From the NCBI GenBank assembly GCA_040954595.2, contig CM082579.2, positions 11,459,625-11,523,624 of the forward strand: DNA of 64,000 bases. Reading direction: 5' to 3'. The notes beneath the pieces were generated by a model. The model did no database searches. It was not told the origin of the DNA and was given only the letters and a program-made list of their open reading frames with translations. The position numbers and the translations under genes are program-made. Positions 1-12,930 of the stretch are shown one piece after another (positions within the stretch are counted from its first letter, which is position 1; every line of letters starts with the position of its first letter). The stretch comes from Balanoglossus misakiensis. Taxonomy: Eukaryota > Animalia > Hemichordata.

Positions 1-806
1 CAATCAACAGGTGGCCGTTGACTTGTAGGCACATTTCATGACTCAATCATTTAATCAAGTCCCGAGAACATCTGCAGCAGACTGTTGTTAATATTTTTCG
101 TTCCACAGGTTCTTACAATACAGCTTGATATAACTTTTTAGTGCATTTTATCTTCGTAATCAGCGGTGCGGATCTTGTAACAATGATTGTAACCTTATCG
201 TCCGTCATCTGTCCGACCTTCATCCGTCAACAATTGACTTCTAAAAACTTTTTTTTAAAACTTTGAGTTTGTGGGGTCAGTCGTTTCTTGCTACTAAGAA
301 CCGTAGCTCCCTGGATTTTCCTGTTAAAATAAAATCAATCACTGCGATGCTTTACCGGCCGATTGGTCGTTTGTTGTAATTCATGCCTTGAGGCAAAGTA
401 TACCAAGACATTTCTGTAACAAGTATGTTCAAACTTGACACAAGTACAACAGATTATGTATAAACATAATTGTTTACGATATGTTCGTATCCAAGCATTT
501 GACTATGTATATATATTTTGACCATATGTATACACATGCATATATACCAGGTTCCCATTTCTCCTTGGGTTGGGAGAATGGCGCGATTGGGTGAGTTCCT
601 TTCTGCTTGTGTGATGGGATGTTTAAACAATACCAAATTCAGCTACTTAAATTCCAGGAACTGGCATAATACGTTTGAGGCATCCTTGATATAACATTTC
701 TCCGTGGACTAAACCTGCCACCTGCTTGTCAAATATTGATTTGAAATTTCCTAATATTTTCTTAAGCACTGTTTCCCATTTGCCTACTTTATATTTTCCT
801 TTTCAG

Positions 807-1040
807 ATACGGACGAATGTGCAAGTAAACCATGTCAAAATGGAGGCTCTTGCGCTGATACATTCGACAGCTTTTGGTGTGCGTGTACAGCCGAATACAC
901 AGGTTCCTTATGTAATGATTTGATTGACTTCTGTGAGGATAACATTTGTCAGAATGGCGCTACGTGTGAGGTGGTAAATGCAACCTACATTTGTATCTGT
1001 GACAATGGTTTCAAAGGGGAGCTTTGTGACATTACAATAG
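807..1040 (+). CDS. Gene 1 coding exon: two EGF-like domains (first is calcium-binding type); gene starts upstream of the window
   Basis: tttcag acceptor, gtagg donor, phase 1-1; translates DTDECASKPCQNGGSCADTFDSFWCACTAEYTGSLCNDLIDFCEDNICQNGATCEVVNATYICICDNGFKGELCDITI with six-Cys EGF spacing twice. Confidence 0.95.
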
Positions 1041-1242
1041 GTAGGCTGTTAGTAATATCTTTAAGTTGATCATTTGCACCCTAAACTATGTTTTAGTTGG
1101 AAGAACATTTATAAGTATATCTATTTGATGTCAGTCATTTTCTCAGTTAATGTATGAGTATTACATAAATTATAACGTACTGAATCTGAGATAACTATAG
1201 ACACATTACAATTTTAACTGAGCTGTACTGATCGTGTTTTAG

Positions 1243-1413
1243 TGAATGGAGGCTGGTCAGTTTGGAGTGAATGGTCAGAATGCTCTGCTACATGTGATGG
1301 TGGGACCTACTACAGAACTAGAACATGTGATGACCCCCCTCCACTCAACGGTGGCTTACATTGTGTTGGAGAAAGCAACGTCACAGAGGCCTGTAACACA
1401 GAAGAATGTCCTG
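1243..1413 (+). CDS. Gene 1 coding exon: thrombospondin type 1 repeat
   Basis: ttttag/gttagt splice sites, phase 1-1; VNGGWSVWSEWSECSATCDGGTYYRTRTCDDPPPLNGGLHCVGESNVTEACNTEECP (WxxWxxWxxC, RxRxC). Confidence 0.95.
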
Positions 1414-1940
1414 GTTAGTCATTATTTAAGCAATAACGTGTCCAGTTCATATGCAAGAAAGATGTTCCTTTCGGGGGTAATGTCTGATGTGACATCTTTT
1501 ACTAGTTTCATGAAGGGAGATGTGAAATTCGTACGTGTGACAAGTAATAAACTTGAACTTTGTGTCACCAGGAAACCCACATCTCAGTATACGAACTGTT
1601 TACTAATATGATATGCCGGGTACCTCTGTGAAATTTACACTCAAATTTTGGAATTGACTGTTTCGCCACAAAAATAACAAATCACATTGCATGATGTCTG
1701 GAAACCAATATGTTGTTTACTGTGCTATCGCTGTTAAGAAGCTATCAGTTTCACTTTGGTAAAATTCTAGATATTTGGCGGGTTGAAGTTTATATAGTTG
1801 GTGAGTAGTCGACTGTACGGACCACGAGAGATCATATAACGTACGTATGCGTGGCCACACCAAAGGTTGATGCAGACAAGGGAGGACATGCTTACCTCAT
1901 TGAGATACATTTCAACATTGTTGTCCTTGTTTACCAATAG

Positions 1941-2147
1941 GTTGTATCAAGGTCAAACCTCCACACAAGGGTTACGCAGATTGCAATGAACCCGTCGAGG
2001 AATCATTCCAATGTAGAATCTCCTGTGAAGATGGATATGCATTTGTGGATACTCCTTATGAGATTTATAATTGCAGTCCGACAACATACTATCTTTGGAA
2101 CCATCAAAGTGCAGAAAATTCGAAGGCACTTTTCCCACCCTGTGGCC
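1941..2147 (+). CDS. Gene 1 coding exon: sushi/CCP-like module
   Basis: aatag/gtaag splice sites, phase 1-1; GCIKVKPPHKGYADCNEPVEESFQCRISCEDGYAF...YNCSPTTYYLWNHQ...FPPCG (CxxxxPP, CxxGY, W, PxC). Confidence 0.88.
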
Positions 2148-3135
2148 GTAAGACACTTTATTATTGTTGTCTATGCTGGACAATATTTTCAAGTGCATTT
2201 AATAATTGTTGATAACATTTAATGATAGAACATAATTACGACCGTATAATAGCAAACTTCCAAACCCAGTATGCTGATTTTCTAAATATAACGCCCAGGA
2301 GGCGGCAAATGCAGATGCTGATTTCACTAAAACAGGAGCGATGGCTTTTCAGAACTTGGATGTTTCTCTGCGACATGTTGCGACTTTAACTAGTCACATC
2401 CCCTCCGCGTCTGGAGGGACCGTGCTCAGCTTAGGTCGTGTAACAACTATTTCCAAATGTTTAGAATATGATAATATGTTTTGGCGAATACTTGTGTTGA
2501 ATATACCCACGTCGATTAATTTATATTAAGATCTATTACAATGTTATCGGGTAGAAATACGCAATGTAATATTTGGTTTGAGGTTGTATGCGCAGAACGT
2601 AATCTTTTAAATGTGCAAATGTGTGCGCATTTGTCTCTTCCCATGGGAACAATGAAAATTGTAAGAAAACTCACCTTATGATATTGTTATTTTCACGAAA
2701 TTTGATACACATAGCTCAGTCAAGAAAAATTAAATTTAGTGATCAATTACAACCATTATGGTCATTTAGACTATGTTTAAATGATTTTGGCCATCGACAA
2801 ACCATTGGTGCAAACATTGTGAACCAGAAAGTTTTTTTTTCATTATCAACAAAATTGACGGCTTTATTTTTCAAAGACAAGCATGATTACCGCCCCTGCA
2901 TATTTTATTACTAAGTTGTATTATCACGGATTTATATTATACTTACAGAGGAGAAATCATAAATTCACAATTAGAATAAACTATGATCCTTTCTATGATT
3001 CCGATCGTGCATTCTTAAGTATCTTAAGTATTAACACCACTGATATCAATAATATCAATAAGAGCATGTTCTCAGTCGAATGATGGTCAGTAGCCATGGT
3101 GACAGCTCTATCATGTATTTACTTTTCCCTCACAG

Positions 3136-3311
3136 AGATCGAATACCCCATTGCTTTTAAAGTGGAAATGATACTGCCATATCCAAACTTACCGTGTATG
3201 AGCAACGAAGAGGCGGAGCCAGTTCAGGACAGTGCTATGGAAGTTGTGAATGATTATCGGGAAAATATCACCTGTCTAGCAAATGGATGGTGCAATGTCA
3301 CGAGCATACGG
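3136..3311 (+). CDS. Gene 1 coding exon: extracellular linker domain, part 1
   Basis: cacag/gtatg splice sites, phase 1-0; open frame QIEYPIAFKVEMILPYPNLPC...ITCLANGWCNVTSIR, in frame with neighbouring exons. Confidence 0.85.
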
Positions 3312-4139
3312 GTATGCTAATTTATGCAAATTGTATTAGCTCCGCTCCGATTACTCTCAAATTTGGTATGCAGATTGCTAGGGAATACATAACTAAAGTG
3401 TGTTCGAAAGGGGCTGAAAATTGCATATTTGTAGTTTTTGGGCAATTTCTGCCGCTTTTGGTAAACAAACATCTCTCACGCTGAAACCACGTGTATGATT
3501 ACTTTGAAATATTGCATACAAGTTCTTGGGTTGACATAAGTAATTTTTGTTCAAATTGTGGTTGAATTTGCATATTTGTGGTATTTTTTGCCGTTTTTGT
3601 ATACAATCTAAATCAGATTTAACCAAATCGTGACTGACATAATCTGTAATATTGCATTTTGCAACATTTTTTGGTTTCAAAAAGTGTTCAAAAATCATGT
3701 TGAAATCTGCAAGTGCTTAATTGTTTTAAACTTAAGTGTGAAGGTCTCATGGGTTGACCTAAGTCAAATTTGTTGAAATTGTGATCAATTTTGAATTTTT
3801 ATATGAATCGCAAATTTGCCTTTATAGCTTGCTGATAAGTTTGTCTGCGTCTTAAGAAAAGTACGCCTTTTAATTATAAAGGATCTTTCTTGTTTATAAT
3901 GCATAGTATAACAGCGGTTCTGTACAGGCCGGGAGATCACTTCTTTCTCTCCTATGAATACTGCTGTTTTGATGATAATAGTTTTAAACATATTTTGATG
4001 ATTCAAAATATTTCGGAAAGAAATTTTCTTAATGTATACACACTTTATGGTGTTATAACTACCAACAATGCTCAGTAATAAAATTCAGAGTTGAGCGAAT
4101 TTTGTCATCGTCACCATTTCCGTTCTTACTTCTTTTTAG

Positions 4140-4263
4140 GTTCATTCGTGTAATGCAAATGACCCGTCACGTGGTTTGATTAGCCGACGACGAAGACAGT
4201 TGGAGAGCGGTGCTTACATTGCCGTTCAGTTAACATCAATAGTTGATGATGATGATGATGAAG
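4140..4263 (+). CDS. Gene 1 coding exon with polybasic (furin-type) site
   Basis: Pyrimidine tract + tag acceptor, gtaag donor, phase 0-1; VHSCNANDPSRGLISRRRRQLESGAYIAVQLTSIVDDDDDE. Confidence 0.85.
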
Positions 4264-5863
4264 GTAAGACCAATGATAAAATCCACCCACTTCAAATAAT
4301 AATATCAACATATATTTCAACGCACAAGTTGTAAATTTAAAGTATGTGATTTACGTCATCTATAAACCGAAGGCATGATCTGATACGTAAAGAAATGACA
4401 AAAAATACTTCCCTCTTCACCTACCCTATTTTCTGAAAAGCACGATGTCAGGAGTACACATTTTTTGGGGGGGGGGGGGGGATGGGGTTGACAAAAGTAA
4501 GCTGTCGACAATGATTCTGAACTGTTATAAACATGTTATTCCTAATTCCCCAAATTGAGAAAACCCGATCACGAGGCCGAAGAACAGTGCAAATAGAATG
4601 GCTAAAAGCAGAGCAAACGGCGGCAATGGCCACGGTAAACGTTGATGTCGGCCTAGTTGTGACCTCTTTGTCGTACCTTCATTATGAAACCGTCTAGAAC
4701 GTTCGCCGCAAAAGCTAAATCACCAAGTACATGTATCACACAATCACCTTCCACACACTCTGTTGGACCTTTCTGGTAGCCCTTTTCGTCATCTCATAAA
4801 CTCAAAGGCCATGCATGGTCACCGGAACGTTCAGCTTATAACAACCACGATTGATGGATTGCGACTTAAGTTTAGCCACTCTGTATTCGAAAGATATCCT
4901 GTTAAACATGTTTGTATTGATATATAAAGGCCACCTTGATCTACCCTTTCAGTAACAATCGAAATGATTATTGAATCTGTGTAACTTTATTAGGAAGATG
5001 TAGTTGTCGTTTGAAGACTTTAATTTCAGTTTAATGTCCCCTAACCATTACATTTCAAAATATATAGTAAGCGTATCCCGCCCAACATGTGGCACCCGCC
5101 TTATATCAATCTCGAAGTCAAAATACTTAGTAGGAATCAGTCACAAATTTAAGACCGATGTCGCTGATACCACCAGTGATCATTTGTTTAACGGAAACAT
5201 TATATGTACTTATCCACCAGCTCATGACACCTACCAAAAAGCGTTTGGATGTAGAAACAAGTCTTATATCCTGAAATAATCCCGATTTATACGTTTGCAA
5301 GGAACGTGTTTTTCTGCTGTTCTTTCATAACGAATAAGCTGGGAAATGTATACCCCATAGGGTGGTGAGAGTTGAATATCGATGGCCAGATATGGAAATT
5401 GATGATAGTAAAGTTGAAATCGTCTGTCTTTTCATGCAGTCTATTGTAGAATGGTGGTCATTAGAGTCGAATTGAATAAAGATATTAAAATATGAGGCAA
5501 AAGAAGCTGATTATCATGAATATCAATTAATTCATGTCGTCCAAAAGGACGATTCGACATCCGTCCATACTAACCACGTCTATAGATTAATGTAGGGGAA
5601 AAACTGTCATGGACCAGTATAGAACCAAATATTTTGACACAATTTTTTGACACTTGACCTACATTTCCGATTCTCAGCATCCAGAGCACGTGCACTCTTG
5701 GCATTCGATGGCATGAAAAACGTATGAAGTCGTATCATTTATACCTTTTTAACTGTTTACATACCTGCATGTAATGAGGCACTATTTAATTAACGTATAG
5801 AAGTCTGGTTTATGTTGGACTGGACCATTACAATCAAATTGTTTTCATGTCGTTGCATATTAG

Positions 5864-6097
5864 ATAACACACTTAGTAGATCCAGAAGCCAACGCCGGAA
5901 TTCCTATGAGACTGCTGCGAATTCAATGATTGAATCTGCTGATGAGTTTTTGAAAGTTATAAAGGAGCTATCCGATGATGGGGATCTTGCCATCACTGTA
6001 AGAGGTGTGGAAATTGGACCGGATGTGACACAGACTTCCGGTGATGGGTGGGATGAATGCCCGGATGGTACCATCTCAATAGGAGATGGATTATGTG
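5864..6097 (+). CDS. Gene 1 coding exon: end of linker domain and start of cysteine-rich repeat
   Basis: ttag/gtaagt splice sites, phase 1-1; DNTLSRSRSQRRNSYETAANSMIESADEFLKVIKELSDDGDLAITVRGVEI...CPDGTISIGDGLC. Confidence 0.88.
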
Positions 6098-6126
6098 GTA
6101 AGTGTGACGACCATGTGCAGGTTATA

Positions 6127-7531
6127 TCAGCCAGAACGCAACACCCTCATTAGCATATTATCGCCTATCCAGATCAGGACCGTTACATTTTGAATGGCCG
6201 CTCACATACCGTTTTTTGAGGCATTTTCAACTTGCCGTAACTTTCGCTAGAGTGCATTATTTAAAATCATGTAAAAGCGAAAACCTCTCCTGACATGTCT
6301 TCTTTCGTGCCATCCAAATGGATTTTAGAATAATTTACTGAAATATTGATATTATGGCGATTTTCCGAAGGTTACTTTAGCGGTCGAAAATATGGTCCAG
6401 TTTTTCGCTTCCAGTATCCATAATATGCACCAGAAAGTTTACAGAATTCAGGGTAATGTGGGTTTTCGTACACTTTAAAGGACCGTGTAAAGAAAGTTGG
6501 TAAAGATACAAGTGCAACGGTCAGTTCAAGAATTTTCGCTAAAAAACGGGTGATTTTATCCGGAACTCGTCACATGACCTACGTGACCCGAGGTTTCCCG
6601 GCCGCTGATGTAAACACTTGTAAATACGCAATTATCGCAGTTGCTGTTTGCAGTCTCTGTTTAACACGATTGTGGAGTTACCGGACTGATTTTTTAGAAA
6701 CGTTTGTGTTGTCGCTCAATAATGTTTTTATTTTTATGAAACACCACATTCGACGAAATCTGTATTTTATTCTTCCAAAGGCTGTGGTGTGGAGGCATCG
6801 CATGGTTGTACGCTGCGCCGTAAGCGGACACACAGCCCTGCAATTCATACACGCAGCCGCCAGTGCTAACGTAGTTTAGGCAGATCTCGATGATCATCGA
6901 TAATTTTCAAGAATAACAGGTAGCCTTAATAGCCGATGTATAATGAACTCATTACCAACGTGTGCATTTATCAACACTACATGTACATGTGGGACGTAAA
7001 CAATATACACACATTCTGCACTGAACGCTCGACAATGGGTTACGCTGTAAACTCCTTCCATTTCCCACTGAAAATGATCTCGTCACAGCAAAAAGTAAAC
7101 AAATTAAAACCGTTATAACTTCGTTAATATGCCCCGGAAAGTATACAAACTTCACAGTAAGAAGGGCCAATGTCTATATTTTATAAAAATGTCATCGGAT
7201 TTCTACAAAAAGTTGGTGCAACAGTCCGTTCAAGAATTTAAGAATTTAGCGAGGCATGTTTCCAAAACGTGAATTTTCATTACTCTGTACTTTTCGTTAT
7301 TTCTCTGCAACTACTGCATTAATCATCAAAAATACTCCTTGAGATATAGTTCGATATATGTACTATCAAATAAATCCAACAAAAATACTCAGAACGATCG
7401 CCATTAATAGCGGTTGGTGACCAAAGTTGGGGAAAAAAATGACCCAATTCAGACACCCTTTTCGGGCTCGTTTTTCGAATCAGATTTCGCATTTGCATAA
7501 TATGTTAATGAAGGCGTTGCGTTCTGGCTGA
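6127..7531. mobile_element. Non-autonomous TIR DNA transposon in a gene 1 intron (TA target)
   Basis: ~35-bp imperfect TIR tcagccagaacgcaacaccctcattagcatattat / ataatatgttaatgaaggcgttgcgttctggctga, TA on both flanks. Confidence 0.8.
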
Positions 7532-7740
7532 TATATAGTGCATCAAAGTCGCTCAGTGATTATAGTAAATGATTTTGTGAGATATACACTTATTCAATGC
7601 CTTCTTTATTTTTATACATTTTCGAAGAATAATTATGTCTACAGATGGTAAGTTAAAAAGGTTTATATCAGCAAAATTGCTGATTTCTATTGATATGTTT
7701 GATCTCTTGCAAACAACAAATAGTTGTAATTGTACATTAT

Positions 7741-8064
7741 ATTATACCAGTATATTGATGGTGTAAATCACGCTATTTTATTGGTCGAGACACAACACGT
7801 GACTGTGATATATTCGTCACATACCACAGTCATATATCACGCAAAACTCATAGTCAAAGAAAATGCCTTTTTAAAATGTTTTATGCAAAGTTTCAATATA
7901 CTGGTATAATATAATAGCAATAAAACACCCCCAGCCATGGTATACCACTCGATTTTGACCAGTTCAACTCCATATATGCACTCGGTATCACTCGTGCGTA
8001 TATGTCGTGAACTGGTCAAAATATCATGGTATACCATGGCTGGGGGTGTTTTATTGCTTAAATA
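7741..8064 (+). mobile_element. Crypton-type non-autonomous element with long terminal palindrome
   Basis: 18-bp inverted repeat 7741-7758 / 7893-7910, then a ~143-bp imperfect palindrome 7916-8058; same architecture as the elements at 26.7 kb and 52.5 kb. Confidence 0.65.
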
Positions 8065-8163
8065 ATGTTGCTTGTCAGAAGTAAAGTACCTGGTAGTCTG
8101 TGACAAAACGTGTGACGTTATATAGTTTGTCGCTTATGTTTATTCTGGCATCTTCCATTCCAG

Positions 8164-8337
8164 TGGAATGTACAGTTGGTTCATTCAGAACATGGCTAAC
8201 CGACATACCGGATCCTGTATGCATGCCTTGTCCAGAAGGCCAGTACCAAGACGAAGCGGGTCAACATGAGTGTAAACTGTGTCCCAGCGGTAGTGTTACC
8301 GATGGCTTTGGCAATAGTAACATCACAGACTGCTATG
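8164..8337 (+). CDS. Gene 1 coding exon: GCC2/GCC3 (ephrin-receptor-like) cysteine-rich repeat
   Basis: ccag/gtaat splice sites, phase 1-1; VECTVGSF...CMPCPEGQYQDEAGQHECKLCPSGSVTDGFGNSNITDCY (CxxCPxGxYQxxxGxxxCxxCP). Confidence 0.93.
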
Positions 8338-8863
8338 GTAATATTCACAATCAAATATTTCTTTTGGTGCATTAATATTGGTAGAAGTTATTGGAGAAAA
8401 GTGTTTTATATACCACGAAATTATGCACTGTGTCAAGATTTAACTAAATTGGTTCTAGTATTTCCTTATTTGCCCTGGTTCTGAACAAAATTTGAAACAA
8501 ACGAATTTTACTCAAAAAGTAGTTTGTTGCATGGTAGATTAGTTAAAATACACGAATTTGTCGCTTTGAGTCGGTCAACGGGATAAGAATGAGAACAAGG
8601 TACGGCGTTCACCAATTCTAGGTGTACAAAATGAAATCACATCATGATATCTACCGTATGCTTTGTATGACTAAATTTTTTCGTGTTCATTGTAATATGT
8701 ATAAGAGAATAACTGTTTGACCTGCCTTGGTGTCGTACGACTTACTTAGGGATGGCTATGTGGCTTAGTAGCTATATATGCTGACTCAGTTGCTAGGCGA
8801 TTATGATACTTGTCACTAAAATTACTACGGCTCTATAGTGACGTTTCTGTATATTTATCACAG

Positions 8864-9017
8864 TGCCACCTACCCCAGTATATCAAACGACCGAATCTGC
8901 AACTGTCCAATTTGATGACATTCCTCCGAAGAAAGACACAAGACAAGTCATTGTCATAGTTGCTGTTACGCTTTCAACTTTGGCAATAATTGTTACTCTA
9001 GTGATATTTGTAAGGAG
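8864..9017 (+). CDS. Gene 1 coding exon: stalk and transmembrane helix
   Basis: cacag/gtaagt splice sites, phase 1-2; VPPTPVYQTTESATVQFDDIPPKKDTRQ-VIVIVAVTLSTLAIIVTLVIFV-RR (22 hydrophobic residues followed by basic residues). Confidence 0.9.
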
Positions 9018-9480
9018 GTAAGTTGAGTATATTTGTCCATTAGTAAATCATAAACTATATATATTGAAACAAAACACATAGTAAATATTATTTGAAATGT
9101 GTTACACACAAAAGAGTGTCTGTTTGTGTGACTTGTCTGACTGGATAATTATATGCGCGATAAAATGCGCCCTCTTTTCGTGACCTTTCTTGTAGCAACT
9201 GTTCACCATTTTATCACGCATATAATTGCCTGTTCGCAATACCCATTCAGCCAATTCAGGGCGAGCAGGGTTGGGGTTTGAATCGTACCCGACCGGTAAG
9301 AGAAACTCAAAAGGAGAAAAAAGTTGGTAGACAACAACACTTATGTTATATTAGTAATTATATCTACTTTCCCTGAATCAATCTCTCTGGTTGAACTGTT
9401 CCTGTCATTGAACTTAAATGTGGGGAAATTACTGTCTGCCTTAAATACATATAAAACACTTTTACTTATTTGTATAACAG

Positions 9481-9655
9481 GTTCCATGTTTGCTCGAAGA
9501 AGAAGTCTTATTCTCTACCAGATAACAAACTGTTGAGAACTTCACTGGAAAATGACATACCATCTAGTCGTGCTGCCTCCCCAAGTGACAACTCTCCTAT
9601 CGGCATTGAGGTAGAACTCTGTGAAGTAGTAAAGATTTCGAAGAACGAATTTTAA
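9481..9655 (+). CDS. Gene 1 terminal coding exon: cytoplasmic tail of SVEP1/Uninflatable-like type I membrane protein
   Basis: aacag acceptor in phase 2 matching the TM exon; RFHVCSKKKSYSLPDNKLLRTSLENDIPSSRAASPSDNSPIGIEVELCEVVKISKNEF then TAA. Confidence 0.82.
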
Positions 9656-11015
9656 GCGAGCTGCTTGAAAACATTATGTAATGGCTACAAACCACTAAGT
9701 TTAGAATTAGATCTATTTACCCCAGTGTAAAGACAAATGTACATATACTTAATATATGTGCATGTTAATATACAGAAATTAATTAACCAGACTTGACAAT
9801 AGTGAACGTATAAAACTTGTATGGGGGTATAGCACCCGTTTATTACCAAAAGACCATGTGTCACTAATACGACTAACTTCAATGCCACATATACCATGGT
9901 ATTGGAAAACACTGAGGCAAAACCCCGAAGTAATGCATCACAGATATAGTCTAGTCAATATAGGGCTAGACCCACCGCAAATTGCAACATAAGTTTTTTC
10001 TTCAAAATACATTTTGGAGAGGTGTCTAGAACAACATATTAAAAATGCACCTGAATCCACCTTGTGGAAATATGTCAAATTTGCATAAATTTAATATTGG
10101 AAATTTTTGGGCCGAATATCAAGAAATAAACCTGATTTTTTCCATGATTTTAAAGTTTGAAAATATTTCATGAGCTTGAAGAACCATTTTGGAATAATAT
10201 TTAACATGGGCAGTTTTCATAATTTGCATTAATTCAATATGGCGAACAGTATTCCTAGAAAACCATAATTGGGCAGTATATCGGGTACTATGCAAGCCAG
10301 TTTAGTTTTTTTTTATTTCAAAACTACTCCTATGACATTTGGAACAATTTTGAAAATATTGTGTTTACATTTGCACTTTATATTTGCATAAATCCAATAT
10401 GGCCACCAAATGAATGTTCGACAGCTTATCATATTCCGACATATATAATAAGGTTCTAACATAAAATATATGTAATTGGTCTAACGATATACTTACTATA
10501 GTATTAAAATGTCATTGGTTACACTGTGATGCTACCTTACCATTTTTTACTCCATTAGCTGTAACTTGGACCTACTTTTTCAGTATATGCTTGAATCTGG
10601 AATCATTTTCATTCTCTTTTGTATATATTCCTAGTGCTACAACCATAAGTATCATATTTTACTAATTTGTCCCTTCTTTGATGCTCTAAGAAAGGAATAT
10701 TTACCAGTTCTTTTATTACACACCACCATCTGAAAGAAAATTTGGTGATTTGATGTCTTCAAATAATACTGATTTGTTAGAGATTAGCAGCTTTTACATT
10801 TCATGCAATGATATGCAGAAAAGATATTGAAAATGTACAATAATGTTCCAATATAGGTTTTTGTCATATGTCTTCCTGTCATTTAAAGATGTAGTGAAAT
10901 TTTTATTGTATATTGGGCCGATGGCCTGGAATTACTGAATAAAGACCAACTACTATAATATGGTGATTTCTGAGATCCCATGAGCCCCGTTATTTCACCG
11001 ATAACATACGTCTAG

Positions 11016-11228
11016 GATTTGTCCGAAGAAGACCGTGAAATCCTTATCAGATAGCAAACTGTTGCAGAGACCATCTAGTCCCCTGGTATCATCTCAGTTT
11101 TGGGTGTGGAGATGGAACTGGATGAAGTAGTAGATACTTCAAATACAGCAGAAGACACGGATACCCCGTCTGAAAATAGATTGTTGTATTTTGAAAACCC
11201 AATTATGTGCAAAATGAGAGGGGTTTGA
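11016..11228 (+). pseudogene. Duplicated, frameshifted copy of the gene 1 terminal exon (pseudo-exon or alternative last exon)
   Basis: tctag acceptor in the same phase 2; RICPKKTVKSLSDSKLLQRPSS aligns with VCSKKKSYSLPDNKLL..PSS; after a frameshift PGIISVLGVEMELDEVVDTS aligns with PSDNSPIGIEVELCEVVKIS. Confidence 0.75.
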
Positions 11229-12479
11229 GCATGTGCACACATCATTTAAATATCATGATTTAGCTAATTTAACTGGAATAGTGAAATTTGCATATTTCAG
11301 AAACTACAAATTCCACGCATGATGAAGAAGACAACAATAATGAAAATGAAATATGATAATTTGCTTAAACCATGCAGCCAATTAAAACTGATAAAAAGCA
11401 TTACAACCCCCGGCCAAAATGAACAATCGCTATGCTCTGTTATTGCTCAATATTAAATTTATGTTTGATTTAGTGAACGATAGACTCTGTTTATTGGTAT
11501 TTTATGCGGATACGAGGCTGTGTCACTAGACCAGCATCTTCTCATAGCTGTTGTCACCGAGAGACCTCACCTTTCCGCCAGTGTGTGTTTGTAAAAAAAA
11601 ATTTCTTTTCTTCTCTTTTCCCTCCCCTTTGGGGCGGATTAGTGTTGTCAATAAAGATTGACCCCCAAGACAGGGTTTGTGCTCTCACAATCTTTTAATG
11701 CCCAAGAGCTACCACTTATTGGTTTATTTTTTATGATTTTACTTTTCACTTGGATTCATCATTATATAACCTTACTTTAATGGGTATGTTTGAAGTTGGC
11801 TCAAATTTTATAGATATTTTAATTTGAACTTGTTTTAACTGGATAGAGTATATTTTAATCGTAAAATGTTAGTTTGGAGACATGGTTTATCTAGGACAGT
11901 TCAAACACTAGAATGTTTATCCATCAGAAACATGCAATAATGCTGACTGCTTGGTTGGAAATGAGATGAAGGTAGCTGTCATGATATCATATTAAAACTC
12001 TCGCCTTTCACGGTACTGGTATAATGCTGTTGAAAGTGATCACCACTTTTGTATGGTTTCAGGTCCTAACCACAAATTTTCTTGCAAAATGAGTTCATGC
12101 TGGATCAACTGTGGTGAGATGGGTGCTACTACTTACCATACATGACAATCAGTTTGGGCATTTGTGAGGCAGGACTCCATCTCGTATGACACTTTAGTGT
12201 CATGTCATCCACTTGGCAGAAGGGAAAGTAAATGAAACACAGAAACACTCACAATGGGCCTTCCGACTCAGGCCCTTGTTTTGATAGTACTTGTATTTAA
12301 TATGTGGAATGTATATATGACTTGCCTATTCCATAAAGAATCATGGTAAGTGATAGGAAAGTACATGTCTTGCACAGAAAACAAACTACGGGGTTAAGAA
12401 GGCTTTTCACCACCTGTTCGGTGATAAAAACTGGTCAGTGGTATGAAGGTTACATAAACAATTGATAGAATGGACAATT

Positions 12480-12930
12480 CTGCCTAAATTCATACATTTC
12501 CCTGTGTTGTTGATGAGAAATCAAATAATATAAAAAAATGTATAAAATTAAAAAAATCAATATTAGCTTAGAACATTCAGGACTATATGAGACTGACATG
12601 AGGTACATGCATGGCAATTTTCAAAGCAATTTCCCTAAGTCATTGTTGATTTTTTTAGTTTAGACCAATTTCAAAATTTTCCAGCTGATTTCCATATATT
12701 TGGCAATGAAGACTCAATTTGATAAATACGCCATCAGCCGGGCCATCATCTGCACACCAAATATCACGGTGATATACTCAGTGGTTTTCAAGTTACTGAT
12801 GTGGATGGACATACAGACATCCATCCATCCATCCATCTATCTATCCATATATACATACATAGGTACATACCCGTACACTGCTGATTCCATAAGGGCCTAT
12901 GGTTTATACATATACCAAATAGGACCCAAA
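12480..12930. mobile_element. Interspersed repeat, Helentron/HINE-like family B (core + CATC/CATA microsatellite)
   Basis: Shares gaccaatttc...ctgcacaccaaatatc...ggttttcaagtt and a microsatellite with the copies at 19545-19890 and 59330-60640. Confidence 0.6.

Noticed and set aside
1246-1611. 121-aa ORF from the track
   Set aside because: Wrong frame; the real reading frame is the TSP1 exon 1243-1413.
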